Shown: positions 1 to 9,251 of the stretch, piece by piece
Layout: every line of letters begins with the position of its first letter
How positions within the stretch are numbered: position 1 is the stretch's first letter
Source: Oscillospiraceae bacterium
Lineage (GTDB): Bacteria > Bacillota > Clostridia > Oscillospirales > JAVBNY01
Direction: 5' to 3'
NCBI GenBank assembly: GCA_031551205.1
Contig: JAVBNY010000003.1
Coordinates: 20,590 to 84,589, forward strand
DNA length: 64,000 bases
Position numbers and translations under genes: made by a program
Notes under the pieces: generated by a model
The model's database searches: none
The model's input: only the letters and a program-made list of their open reading frames with translations
What the model was told of the DNA's origin: nothing

Positions 1-1078
1 CCTTCTGCCTGCTTATCGTCTCCTCGTAGATGCCGATCTTCAGGTTTTTTATCTCGGACGTCATGGAATTAAACGTGTCCCTGACGGCGAGATATTCCTC
101 GCTCACGTTCCTGAGGCTGAGCTTCACGTCAAAATCACCCGCGCGGATCGCATTCATGCCAGACACCAGCTGGCGTATAGGCGACACAAATTCCTTGATC
201 ATGAAAAGCAGGACAACGGCCAGCAGGAAGACGATCACGCAGGCGAACAGTCCGATAAAAAGCTGGAAGGCCTTCAGCCCCTCGAGGACGCTGCTGTCGA
301 GGATCAGCGCCGCCAGCGCCACGTTCCCGGGCTCAAGCGCGTGGCTCACGGCCATATACTGATTCCCCGCGCCGGTGAGATACGGCTTTTCCGCGCCGAG
401 CCTTATCTCCGCTCCGCTTTTAAGTATGGCGGTGTTCTCTGTAATCGCAGTCCCCGATTCCGATACAAAATACAGGTGCTTCAGCCCGATCATGTTTTTT
501 GTGTTAAGCCCCTGCAGGATATCTTCGGCGTTAATCCACCCGCCGACATAGAATTCTCCGAAATCCAACGCCCGGAGAAAGTATTCCCCATTCCCGAAGG
601 CGGCCGCGCCCCACGCGTTGGCAAACCTTTCGATCCCGCCGCCGGAGATATATCGCTCTATGCGCCCAATAACGAGCCTCTCCTGCAGATAACCGTCCTT
701 TGCGCTTGTCATGCTGATGAGAAACTCCCCATTTTTCGGAGATACGAAAACCCCGCCCAATTTTGGAAGAGCCGGGACGACCTTTGAGAGCTTGTCCTTG
801 ACCGCTTCTTTAAAGGCGTATTCCTCCATCCCCTTGCGTGGAATTTCCGACAGCGCAAAACCGCGGTATTCCTGCCCGGCGAGCAGGAGCACCGAATCGA
901 CGGATTTAAGCTCACTGTCAATCTGCTCCGCCAGAACGGAGATGTTGGCGCTCTCCGCCAGAAACGACTGCTTTCGTACGACGCCTATTGCGTAAACGCT
1001 CCAGAAAACGATGGCGGCCAGCGCCAGGGAGAGAACAAACAGAATAATGAGCAGCGTTTTAAAGCGCGCGGAATTCAT
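1..1078 (-). CDS. Sensor histidine kinase, YesM/LytS-like, N-terminal part (C-terminus lies beyond the left window edge)
   Basis: Absent from the ORF track because it runs off the edge. Reverse translation from ATG 1078..1076 gives MNSARFKTLLIILFVLSLALAAIVFW (TM1), a ~270 aa sensor region, LFIGLFACVIVFLLAVVLLFMI (TM2), a HAMP-like segment KEFVSPIRQLVSGMNAIRAGDFDVKL, then EIKNLKIGIYEETISRQK, typical of the start of the His_kinase region in YesM-type kinases. Confidence 0.7.
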   Translation of the reverse strand, partial: MNSARFKTLLIILFVLSLALAAIVFWSVYAIGVVRKQSFLAESANISVLAEQIDSELKSVDSVLLLAGQEYRGFALSEIPRKGMEEYAFKEAVKDKLSKVVPALPKLGGVFVSPKNGEFLISMTSAKDGYLQERLVIGRIERYISGGGIERFANAWGAAAFGNGEYFLRALDFGEFYVGGWINAEDILQGLNTKNMIGLKHLYFVSESGTAITENTAILKSGAEIRLGAEKPYLTGAGNQYMAVSHALEPGNVALAALILDSSVLEGLKAFQLFIGLFACVIVFLLAVVLLFMIKEFVSPIRQLVSGMNAIRAGDFDVKLSLRNVSEEYLAVRDTFNSMTSEIKNLKIGIYEETISRQK

Positions 1079-1265
1079 GTGGCGCCGCGCCCTGTCCCAA
1101 ACCCCAGACCTTATTATCGGCCTGAAGGCGCGCCCGGGGATCTGTCCATGCCTCACTTCCGACATTTTGCAACACCGCGTTTTTCTTTACAGGCATACAC
1201 TGCCTTTTATAAATATTATATCATATTATCTAAAAAGGGGAAACTATTTAATGTATTTTTTGACT

Positions 1266-1335
1266 TAAGGCAACACGGCACAAAAAGCGTCTGACGACTT
1301 TGCGTGCGTCTTGTTTGCGATTTTACGGATTCGTG
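1266..1335. repeat. Intergenic repeat family, copy 1 (module B only, inverted relative to copy 2)
   Basis: ttaaggcaacacggcacaaaaagcgtctgacgactttgcgtgcgtcttgtttgcgattttacgg is the near-exact reverse complement of the right half of the copies at 8824-8950 and 30591-30763. Confidence 0.7.
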
Positions 1336-1343
1336 CCGGGGGA

Positions 1344-1898
1344 TCACTTGTCTTTGAAGGCGGCGCCTCCGTCTTTGCCGATAAGCTTCAGGTGCGTTTC
1401 TATGTATTTCAGCGTCACACCAACAGCTGTGCCCACAAGTATGCCGGTAATAACGCCCGAAACGAGTAACACCGGCAGATACGCGAAAACCGCCGCACTT
1501 GAAACCAGGCAGGAGGCGACCAGAAGCTGCCCCACGTTGTGGGCAATCGCGCCGCATACGCTGACCCCCACCGGCGACAGCCTGCCGCGAAGCAGGCGTA
1601 TCAGCGCATACATAACCGCAAAGCTCAAAAGAGAGCCCGAAAGCGAGTAGAGAAACGTGAATACCGTTCCGAACAGCATCGAGGGAATAAAGCTCTTCAG
1701 CAGAATTATCCCCAGCACGTCCCTCCAACTGAACAGATAGATCGCCGTCAGCACAACGACGTTTGCGAGACCGAGCCTGACGCCCGGCGCAATAAAATCG
1801 AGTGGGATCAGCGTCTCAATAACGCCCATTATAAGCGCGTAGGCGAGGAAAACCGCCATCAGCGTCATTTTTTTTATCTTCTTTGGTTCAGCGCGCAA
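1344..1898 (-). CDS. Gx transporter family membrane protein (heptaprenyl diphosphate synthase component I-like)
   Basis: Polytopic 184 aa ORF. GVIETLIPLDFIAPGVRLGLANVVVL and GAIAHNVGQL resemble the Hpre_diP_synt_I / Gx transporter family. Adjacent to a NusG-II gene, as is usual for this pair. The start may be TTG 1898 or ATG 1868. Confidence 0.7.
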   Translation of the reverse strand: MRAEPKKIKKMTLMAVFLAYALIMGVIETLIPLDFIAPGVRLGLANVVVLTAIYLFSWRDVLGIILLKSFIPSMLFGTVFTFLYSLSGSLLSFAVMYALIRLLRGRLSPVGVSVCGAIAHNVGQLLVASCLVSSAAVFAYLPVLLVSGVITGILVGTAVGVTLKYIETHLKLIGKDGGAAFKDK

Positions 1899-2262
1899 CA
1901 GCGTCCACCCCGTTTCTGCCAGCGTCCCCGGCGAGCTTTATTATCAGTCTGTGCGGCAGGCACGCGATCACCTGCCCCGGAGATGTGATCTTTCCCGTGC
2001 GCACGCACACCTGCGAATGGCAGTCTGCCGACAGGACGCGCGCGCCGTCCGGCTCAACCAGCAGCGTGTTAACGCCCTCTTCCGTCTCAATCACCGCCTC
2101 ATAAGGCGCGGCGCGGAGCTCCAGCGTTCGTATCAGCTCGCCGCCGGAGTACACCTCGACCCGGCCGGCATCGCGCGCGCCGGACAAGGGACCGAGAAAC
2201 ACAAAAATCCCCGCCGCCGCCAGCAGCGCGGCAAAGACTATAATAATATCCGTTTTTTTCAT
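1888..2262 (-). CDS. NusG domain II-containing protein (DUF1312-like)
   Basis: 124 aa with an N-terminal TM/signal anchor, then VEVYSGGELIRTLEL...EGVNTLLVEPDGARVLSADCHSQVCV...ACLPHRLIIKL, which matches the NusG_II pattern. Paired with the Gx transporter gene. Confidence 0.65.
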   Translation of the reverse strand: MKKTDIIIVFAALLAAAGIFVFLGPLSGARDAGRVEVYSGGELIRTLELRAAPYEAVIETEEGVNTLLVEPDGARVLSADCHSQVCVRTGKITSPGQVIACLPHRLIIKLAGDAGRNGVDAVAR

Positions 2263-2929
2263 GCCGCCACTGCCGCGGCGCGTGTGTGTCTGTACAATTA
2301 AAGTCCCTCCGTCATCTGCGGGCGGGTATGCCTAAACCGTCCGCAATTCCTTTTTGCGCCTATTATACAGCATTTTTGCCCGCTCATCAAGACAAACGGG
2401 ATATTACGCCGATGAGCGTCAATTTTTTCGCGGCTATTAGCCGAAACGCGTGCCCGACGCCGTATATATCCGTGCCCGTGGCAGCTTTCGTTTGCGCTGT
2501 AGTAAATTCCGCCCGATTTGTGAAATTCACACACACACTTATTGACAATTGCGTTGCAATGAGTTAAACTGTATATAGTTATATATGTGATGTTTTTTGT
2601 CGGTGTTTTGTATTTTTTTCAGTTTTATTGGCAAATGACGCCCGTTTATGTGTATTTTTTATTGCATTACTTTCATTTTTCGCCATCCCGTGTGGGGTTC
2701 CTGCAATTGTGCGGACGGCAAGCTTGCTTTTTGTTGGCGGCGCCAAAATAGCGTGTGATATTGAGCCTGGGCTTGTGCCCGGGCACATTCACAATAAACA
2801 GCTTATCATTCAGCAGCGCATCACGGGAATAATTTCACCATTTTTTAGGAGGTGGAGCCTTCAGACGCATGGTAAGCAGCGCCGGTGAAAGCAGCGCCGG
2901 ATAAAAAACTGATCAGTAAGGAGAAAATT

Positions 2930-5900
2930 ATGAAAAGAATGTCAAAAATTCTCAGCCTCGTTTTGGTCCTTTGCATGATTATCCCGATCCTTCCCGCGGC
3001 CTCGGCCTACGACACAAACCTGCCGTCTCTCTATAAGACATTTAAAGACTACTTCATGATCGGAACCTTTGGCGAGTGGAGCGGCGCGCAGGCTCAGAAG
3101 CATTACATAATCAACGCCCCCGCGAACAATCTGAAGCTGGACTCTCAGATTGGCACAAGCGCCACGAACTCCGTTTCCAGGCAGTCGTATGTTGCGGCTG
3201 TCAACGCCATCAACGCCAACGAGGCGCTCTCTGCCGAGGAAAAAGCGGCCGCCATCGACGCCGCGAACAAAAACGTCGAGCTCGTCGCGAGCCCGGCTGT
3301 TATCAGCACACTGAACTCGATCCGCACGGCGAACCTTTCCCGCGCCGAGGGCGACAAAATAAAGGTTCGCGGCCACGTTTTCGTTTGGCACGGCGGCCAG
3401 CAGCCGAACTACTTTTTCTGTAACGGCTTTACCTATAACGCCGCCAACCCCGACTGGGCCAGCCCCGAGGTCATGCTCGCCCGTCTGGACAACTACATAA
3501 AGAAGATGACCCAGCGTTACTCGGTGTATAACGACATCATCGTGTCGTTCGACGTCGTCAACGAGGCCATTGACGACTATTCCGGCCAGATCCGCAACGC
3601 GACGGATTATCAGCCCGGCCAGTGGGGCCGCATTTTCCGCAGGGCCGACCTTGACGGCGACCCCGATGCCAGGCTCTACGCCGAATCGGTGTTTGTCCGC
3701 CAGGCGTTTGCCTCCGCGCGCAAATGGTCCAACGAATACGGAGCCGGCTGGAAGCTCTACTACAACGACTTCCAGGATTCCAACAAGCTTTACGACCCCA
3801 AGATGTCGGCCAACATTAAGATGCTGAAGCCCATCTACGAGGCCGGGAACATTGACGGCTTTGGCATGCAGGCCAGGCTCGCTTCAGCATATCCGGACAT
3901 TGAGCTGCTTAAAAAGCACATACTTATGAACCTTACGGTCGCGGATGAGGTCTCCTTCTCCGAGCACGACATCCGCTCAGACTTTGAACCGAACCCGTTT
4001 TATAATCCCGAGCAGCCAACGCGCCGCGTCGTGGCCGGCGATACCCCGCAGTGGGTTGCGAACGACCCGAACAGCGGATCAGGCAGCGTGGCAAACATCT
4101 CCGCAGCCGGCGGCAACACTTTTGACGCGCACAACTCCCCCGTCCGCCGTATCCCGGCCTGGGGCACAGGCGCCAGCGCCCTGGCGACAAACGCCGACGT
4201 CATGAAAAAGCAGGCCGACTACGCGGCCGAGCTCTATGACTTCCTGCTTGAGCACCACGACAAGATCGCGGCCATCTGCTGGGATGGCACGAGCGATTCC
4301 AATACCTTTAACAGCAACAAGGGCGCCCATATATGGGATTCAAGCGGGAACGAGAAGTATTCGTTCTTTGCCATCCTCGGCAGCGTGCCTCGTTATGAGC
4401 TCAAAAACCTCATAGCAGACATTAAAGAAAACCCGGCGAAGTATGTCCAGTCCGACGCACTCAGCGCGGCTATCGCATCAGCCGAGTCAATTCTGGATGT
4501 CAAGATATATAACATGGCCGCCGTGAACGATGTTTATGCCGCCAAATCCGCTCTCGAGAGCGCGGCGATGCTCGTCTCCGAAATGCCGTGCGGCGACAAC
4601 TTCATCGCCGGAACGAAGAACGGCACGTGGTCGATCGTCAATAACGATCCTAACGGCTGGTCCCTCGATAAGGCCAAGGGCCTCCGCCTGCCGACGCAGC
4701 GCTTTGATATCTACGGCGACAGCACGGGCGTCGAGTATAAGAATATCTTCCTCCAGCCCGCCCCCGGCGATTGGGACGTTGTAGCGAAGTTCCATTATCC
4801 GAAGGCTCCTTCCGCGAACTATCAGCAGGGCGCCCTCGTTGTATGGCAGGACGATGAAAACTACATCAAAGTTGAGTGTGAATACGCCTACACGGGCAGT
4901 ATCCGTATGCAGGCGGGCCTTGAGACAGGCGGCTCTTTCACCGGAACGCTTATGAATAATGACCTCCCTCCCGCGGGCGACGGCTCACTCACGGTTTACT
5001 ACCGCGTCAAGAAAGCCGGAAACGCGTACAACGCGTCGTATTCACTGGACGGCGTTAATTACACCGCCGTCGGCGGCACGATGACAGCCGCCCTGACCAA
5101 CCCCAAAATTGGCGTATACGCCACCAAGAACACAGAAATTACGGAAGAATCCCCGGTTATCGACACCTACTGCGAGTATGTTTCTGTTCTCGCGTCCGGC
5201 GGTGAGGTTCATATGACGCCGCAGGATATGATGCATAACGCGGTTGAGGCTGTGCTAAAATATGTTGCCGCGGAGGTTCCGACGACCACGAAGGAGAGCT
5301 TTAAGCTCGCGGCCGTCCCGCATGGATACACCGTGACAGGCCTTTCCGACAGCGTCGGGACAATCACAAACGACGGCGTTGTCACACAGTCTGAGGTGCA
5401 GAAGGAGATCGTCAACTATACGGTTACGGTTTCCGACGGAGTCAGCTCGGCCAGCGAGGCTATCGCCATCACGGTTCCGAAGCTCAGCGTGGCCCCCACG
5501 TCCGATTCCTTTGTCGCCGGCAACAAGGATTCCAAATGGACGGTTCTGCGCGAGAATACGGCCACCTATTCCGTCGATAAGGGCCTCGGCCTCAGGCTCC
5601 CGACCCAAAGATATGAGATCGGCTCCGCAAACGCCTGGGAAAACTGCTTTGTCCGCCCGGCCGGCGGAGACTGGGAAGCAGTCGCGAAGGTATTCTACCC
5701 CGTCGCTCCAAGCGCCGGATACCAGCAGATCGCCTTCCTGGCCTTCCAGGACGACATGAACTTTATCAAGGTCGACCATGAGTACAACGGCGGCCAGCGC
5801 ACGAAGGCCGCCGCCTGCAGAAGCGGCGCCGCCACCGAGATCGGCAACATGGGCGCGGCAGGTTCGCTTACCGCGAATACGGACGGCTCGCTCACCGGCT

Positions 5901-7792
5901 ACTTCAAGATCAAAAAGGTCGGCGACGTGTTCACCTGCTCCTTCTCGAAGGACGGGCTGACCTATACTCAGATTGGAAACCCCGTGACCTACGTTATGGA
6001 CGATCCTCAGCTCGGCCTGTTCGCCACCAGGAACAACACCTCGGCCGAAATAAACGCCTACTGCGAGTATATCACCGTGACCGAGATAGACGGCGTTCAG
6101 ATTAGGCCCTATGATATGATGCTTCTGGAAGCCGTGAGTAACGTTGGGATGTATGTCCTCGCCGACATCCCCGCTGTCATTAAAGAGGACATCGTGTTCA
6201 GCCCCGTTCCGCACGGATACACGGTAACTCTTGAATCCAGCGACGAATCCGTCATCTCGAACACAGGCAAGATCGGCCCTAACGCGGCCGGCAAATCTGT
6301 TGACCTGACCGTGAGGGTTTCCGACGCCACAGCCTCCACCACGGGAACAGTTAAAGTCACCGTCGAGGGTGAGCCCACTCCTCCCAACCCGATGACCGGC
6401 GACAACTTCGTGGCCGGCAGGATGGACGACCAGTGGACCATCATCAGGCCTGAAACCGAGACCTATTCGCTTGACAAGGGCCTGGGCCTGCGCCTCGTCG
6501 CGAAGAAGGAAGCCATCTCCGGGACCGCCGAGGTCGACAAGGAGTGGAGAAACGTCGTCGCGCGGCCTGCCTATGGCGACTATGAGGTCGTCGCGAAGAC
6601 CTACTTCCCGTTGGCTCCGTCCACAAACTACCAGCAGTCCGCGCTGCTCGTCTATCAGGATGAGGACAACTACATCAAAGTTGACGCGGAGCGCAACGGC
6701 AGGAACGTCATCGCCCAGTTCTTCGTGGAGACGGACGGCGTCTTCTCCGGAACCAGGATCGACGCGCTTGCCCCGGCCTCCGACGGCTCACTGACGGTTT
6801 ACTACAGGATCGTCAAGACCGGCAATACCTACGTCGGTTCGTATTCCCTCGACGGAATAACCTACAAGAACATCGGCAACCCGATTACCAGGACATACGC
6901 CGATCCCAAGATTGCCCTCTATGCCACAAAGCATACGCAAACCAACGAGCCGCTCATCAACACCTACTTTGAGTATGTCTCCGTGCTCTCCAAGGACGGA
7001 ACCGTAATCATGACCCCGGAAGAGATGCTCAATGAGGCGTTTGAAAAGGTCGTCGAGTATGTATCCGAAGAGATCCCCGCGGTTCTCTCCTCCGATCTTT
7101 CGATCCGCGTGCCGTACGGCTATGTGCTTTCCTACAGCTGCTCTGAGCCCGGCGTGATCTCCTCCACCGGAGCCGTCACGCGCGGCGCCGCTGAGAAGGA
7201 CGTCGTCCTGACCGTGAACATCACGAACGGAACACGGATCGCCAGCCATGAAGTCGGCGTTAAGATTCCCAAGGCCGACCCGAAGGTCACAGTATCGGTT
7301 GGAACCCTTGTTGCCGGACGTGCGGCCAACCTGCCGTTCACCGTCAGCTTCACGGATCTCACCGGCCTCAAGGCCACCCTGTTCGGCAAGACTGTCGACG
7401 TCGTTGACGGTGCCGGCCTCTTCGCCTTCACAGCCGCCCAGGTTCCGGCGGCGGGCGTATATGCCCTGACAATCACTAACGGCGAAGACCTGGTCGCATC
7501 CGCAGCTGTCGAGGTTGTGGCCGAGCCGGTCGGCCTGTGGGCGCCTGTAATTAACTCGGGCGATACCAAGTTCTCTGTCATCTTCGGCGCGCCAATAAGC
7601 TTTAACGAGGCCAAGAAGAGCGTCAAGATCGGTTCCGATCCTGCCCTCGACAGCTCTCTCTACGTGATTAACGGCAATACGCTTGCCGTCTCGGCCCCTG
7701 TCGCCTCCGGGCAGAAGGTGGTTATCTCCGGCATCAAGTACGCTGACCTCTTCCCGAGTTACAGCTTCTCGTTCACAGTCACAGCTCCGTAA
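2930..7792 (+). CDS. Secreted multidomain GH10 endo-beta-1,4-xylanase: GH10 + 3x(ConA-like/GH43_C2-like + Ig-like) + shared C-terminal module
   Basis: ATG 2930 is preceded by AAGGAG, so the GTG 2885 extension is rejected. Signal peptide MKRMSKILSLVLVLCMIIPILPAASA. GH10 motifs VRGHVFVWHGGQQP, FDVVNEAIDD (acid/base Glu) and VSFSEHDIR (nucleophile Glu). Three repeats of W(S/T)I(V/L/I)...DKG(L)GLRLPTQR...GDW(D/E)(V/A)VAK..YP.APSA.YQQ. Ends GIKYADLFPSYSFSFTVTAP. Confidence 0.85.
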   Translation: MKRMSKILSLVLVLCMIIPILPAASAYDTNLPSLYKTFKDYFMIGTFGEWSGAQAQKHYIINAPANNLKLDSQIGTSATNSVSRQSYVAAVNAINANEALSAEEKAAAIDAANKNVELVASPAVISTLNSIRTANLSRAEGDKIKVRGHVFVWHGGQQPNYFFCNGFTYNAANPDWASPEVMLARLDNYIKKMTQRYSVYNDIIVSFDVVNEAIDDYSGQIRNATDYQPGQWGRIFRRADLDGDPDARLYAESVFVRQAFASARKWSNEYGAGWKLYYNDFQDSNKLYDPKMSANIKMLKPIYEAGNIDGFGMQARLASAYPDIELLKKHILMNLTVADEVSFSEHDIRSDFEPNPFYNPEQPTRRVVAGDTPQWVANDPNSGSGSVANISAAGGNTFDAHNSPVRRIPAWGTGASALATNADVMKKQADYAAELYDFLLEHHDKIAAICWDGTSDSNTFNSNKGAHIWDSSGNEKYSFFAILGSVPRYELKNLIADIKENPAKYVQSDALSAAIASAESILDVKIYNMAAVNDVYAAKSALESAAMLVSEMPCGDNFIAGTKNGTWSIVNNDPNGWSLDKAKGLRLPTQRFDIYGDSTGVEYKNIFLQPAPGDWDVVAKFHYPKAPSANYQQGALVVWQDDENYIKVECEYAYTGSIRMQAGLETGGSFTGTLMNNDLPPAGDGSLTVYYRVKKAGNAYNASYSLDGVNYTAVGGTMTAALTNPKIGVYATKNTEITEESPVIDTYCEYVSVLASGGEVHMTPQDMMHNAVEAVLKYVAAEVPTTTKESFKLAAVPHGYTVTGLSDSVGTITNDGVVTQSEVQKEIVNYTVTVSDGVSSASEAIAITVPKLSVAPTSDSFVAGNKDSKWTVLRENTATYSVDKGLGLRLPTQRYEIGSANAWENCFVRPAGGDWEAVAKVFYPVAPSAGYQQIAFLAFQDDMNFIKVDHEYNGGQRTKAAACRSGAATEIGNMGAAGSLTANTDGSLTGYFKIKKVGDVFTCSFSKDGLTYTQIGNPVTYVMDDPQLGLFATRNNTSAEINAYCEYITVTEIDGVQIRPYDMMLLEAVSNVGMYVLADIPAVIKEDIVFSPVPHGYTVTLESSDESVISNTGKIGPNAAGKSVDLTVRVSDATASTTGTVKVTVEGEPTPPNPMTGDNFVAGRMDDQWTIIRPETETYSLDKGLGLRLVAKKEAISGTAEVDKEWRNVVARPAYGDYEVVAKTYFPLAPSTNYQQSALLVYQDEDNYIKVDAERNGRNVIAQFFVETDGVFSGTRIDALAPASDGSLTVYYRIVKTGNTYVGSYSLDGITYKNIGNPITRTYADPKIALYATKHTQTNEPLINTYFEYVSVLSKDGTVIMTPEEMLNEAFEKVVEYVSEEIPAVLSSDLSIRVPYGYVLSYSCSEPGVISSTGAVTRGAAEKDVVLTVNITNGTRIASHEVGVKIPKADPKVTVSVGTLVAGRAANLPFTVSFTDLTGLKATLFGKTVDVVDGAGLFAFTAAQVPAAGVYALTITNGEDLVASAAVEVVAEPVGLWAPVINSGDTKFSVIFGAPISFNEAKKSVKIGSDPALDSSLYVINGNTLAVSAPVASGQKVVISGIKYADLFPSYSFSFTVTAP
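7271..7789 (+). other. Shared C-terminal module, copy 1 (173 aa) of the GH10 protein
   Basis: KADPKVTVSVGTLVAG...PAAGVYALTITNGE...PVGLWAPVI...GQKVVISGIKYADLFPSYSFSFTVTAP. Aligns with the C-termini of five other proteins in the window. Confidence 0.8.
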
Positions 7793-7866
7793 GGATTCGG
7801 CTCTGAAGGCGGCCGCACTCCGCCTGATATGACCCGACGCGCCGTTTGCACAGTATAGCTTTGTCC

Positions 7867-7905
7867 GCCCGGATGCCGAAATATCGGCGTCCGGGCTTTG
7901 TTTTC
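7867..7905 (+). terminator. Rho-independent terminator after the GH10 gene
   Basis: GCCCGGATGCCGA-aata-TCGGCGTCCGGGC followed by TTTGTTTT. Confidence 0.75.
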
Positions 7906-8044
7906 CGCGCTCTCCGTCAAAGAAAGGCCCCCGGGGCGGATTGCCTTTGACTTGACGGGGATAATAAAATATAATAGGCGTGCTGGGCGTGAAGCAGGAT
8001 CTTCCATCACGCCCGGTATTATTACCTGAACGGAGACGACCACA

Positions 8045-8791
8045 ATGAACATCTTTGCCATAATGACCCTTTGTGCCCTGCCTCTTTTTATACTTGGCCT
8101 TTTTATGCGAAGAGGGAAGGGCCTTATGCTCCTGGCGGGGTATAACACTCTGCCCAAAAAAGAGCGTGAAAAGATCGATAGAAAGGCGCTGTCAAAAACC
8201 GCGGGGAATCTGCTCCTGAGGGTGGCGCTTGAGCTTTTTTTGTTCGGCGTAGCCATCCATTTGAGGCTCAAACCGGCCCAAATTATCTTTTTGATCGCCT
8301 TTATCGCCGATCTATGCGTGACCATATTCGTCATGTGGCGCAAATATCCGGGTCTCATGGCATTTAAATCCCGCGCCGCGGCAGCCGTAACCGCGGCAGT
8401 ATCCGCGGTGGCAATTATCGTTGTGGGCGGGGTGTTTTATTTCGGAGAAAAAGAGCCGGCAGTCAGTGTTACGGACGCCGGCCTGCATATCGGCGGCATG
8501 TATGGCGCCGATGTCGCGTTTTCTGAAATCACGGATATCTCACTGCTTGAAAAAAGCATGAATGATCTCGGCGTCGGGCTCAGGGTCAACGGTTACGGCG
8601 GCTTGGGAGACGCGCTGAAGGGGCATTTCAGCATTGACGGCGCGGGGAGGCGTCTGCTTTTTGTGAGAGCAGAGTCGGCCCCGACCATATTGATACGGCG
8701 CGCGGCCTCGGAGGATATTTACATCAGCTTTTCCAGCGCTGAAAAAACAAAAGAACTTTACCGTCAGCTAGATGCGGAGCTGGACGCGTAG
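8045..8791 (+). CDS. DUF3784-like membrane protein with C-terminal bacterial PH-like domain
   Basis: 248 aa. N-terminal TMs with LLAGYNTLPKKEREKIDRKALSKTAGN (DUF3784-type motif), further TMs, and a soluble C-terminal ~110 aa. Confidence 0.55.
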   Translation: MNIFAIMTLCALPLFILGLFMRRGKGLMLLAGYNTLPKKEREKIDRKALSKTAGNLLLRVALELFLFGVAIHLRLKPAQIIFLIAFIADLCVTIFVMWRKYPGLMAFKSRAAAAVTAAVSAVAIIVVGGVFYFGEKEPAVSVTDAGLHIGGMYGADVAFSEITDISLLEKSMNDLGVGLRVNGYGGLGDALKGHFSIDGAGRRLLFVRAESAPTILIRRAASEDIYISFSSAEKTKELYRQLDAELDA

Positions 8792-8823
8792 AAGAAAGCG
8801 GCGGACGAAAGTCCGCCGCTTTC

Positions 8824-8950
8824 TTAAGGCAATACAGCACAGATATTGTATGTGTATTGCGTAAGCGATTTTTTTGTAATATACGGCGGTAAAATCGCAA
8901 ACAAGACGCACGCAAAGTCGTCAAACGCTCTTTGTCCGGTGTTTCCTTAA
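8824..8950. repeat. Intergenic repeat family, copy 2 (complete: module A + module B, TTAAGG-type terminal inverted repeats)
   Basis: TTAAGGCAATACAGCACAGATATTGTATGTGTATTGCGTAAGC...CGGCGGTAAAATCGCAAACAAGACGCACGCAAAGTCGTCAAACGCTCTTTGTCCGGTGTTTCCTTAA. The two ends are inverted repeats of each other. Confidence 0.75.
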
Positions 8951-9251
8951 TAGTGAAAAAAATGTCGCGTTTAGAAAAATAAATGCCCTAAACCTTAATA
9001 TTAAAGCCAAACATATGGATTTTTTGGAATAACTATGATAGAATTCTATTGACAGTATAAAGGAAGGGAGGCTTTCTTTAAAGTATAATGAACGAGCCTC
9101 AAATCTGACCCGGCCCTACGACAGGCAAGGCCAAATACACGGCATAACGGCATAGATGTACAAATTTAAGCATGGTTACAAAAAAACACATCCAGGATTC
9201 CAGGCCTTTCGTCTTCAAAAGCTCAAACCGGCATGAAAGGAGAAATATAAC

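Noticed and set aside
2885-2929. Upstream alternative starts given by the ORF track: GTG 2885, TTG 12516, 23765, 33143, 47983 and 60751.
   Set aside because: In each case a downstream ATG or GTG has a properly spaced Shine-Dalgarno sequence and begins a canonical signal peptide or domain. For 33143 the extension would begin at the predicted transcription start.
5255-6214. Long antisense or alternative-frame ORFs inside the giant genes, for example 5255-6214(-), 20464-21231(+), 21385-22191(+), 38232-39275(+), 50440-51576(-), 52804-54072(-) and 54103-55185(-).
   Set aside because: They lie entirely within much longer ORFs that have clear domain content. They have Arg/Gly/Ala/Val-rich low-complexity translations, lack RBSs and recognisable motifs, and are the shadow ORFs expected in ~60% GC DNA.
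7271-7789. The possibility that the shared C-terminal module is a dockerin, an SLH repeat, an LPXTG sortase signal or a T9SS-type CTD.
   Set aside because: There are no paired EF-hand Ca-binding loops (DxDxDG), no SLH consensus, and no LPXTG motif followed by a hydrophobic segment and basic tail. T9SS is a Bacteroidota system, whereas this genome looks Firmicutes-like. The module is therefore reported as unassigned rather than given one of these names.
9050-9088. TTGACA (9050) and TATAAT (9083) upstream of the LRR gene as a promoter.
   Set aside because: The two hexamers are 29 nt apart, far outside the 16-18 nt window. No alternative -35 is properly spaced from the TATAAT.
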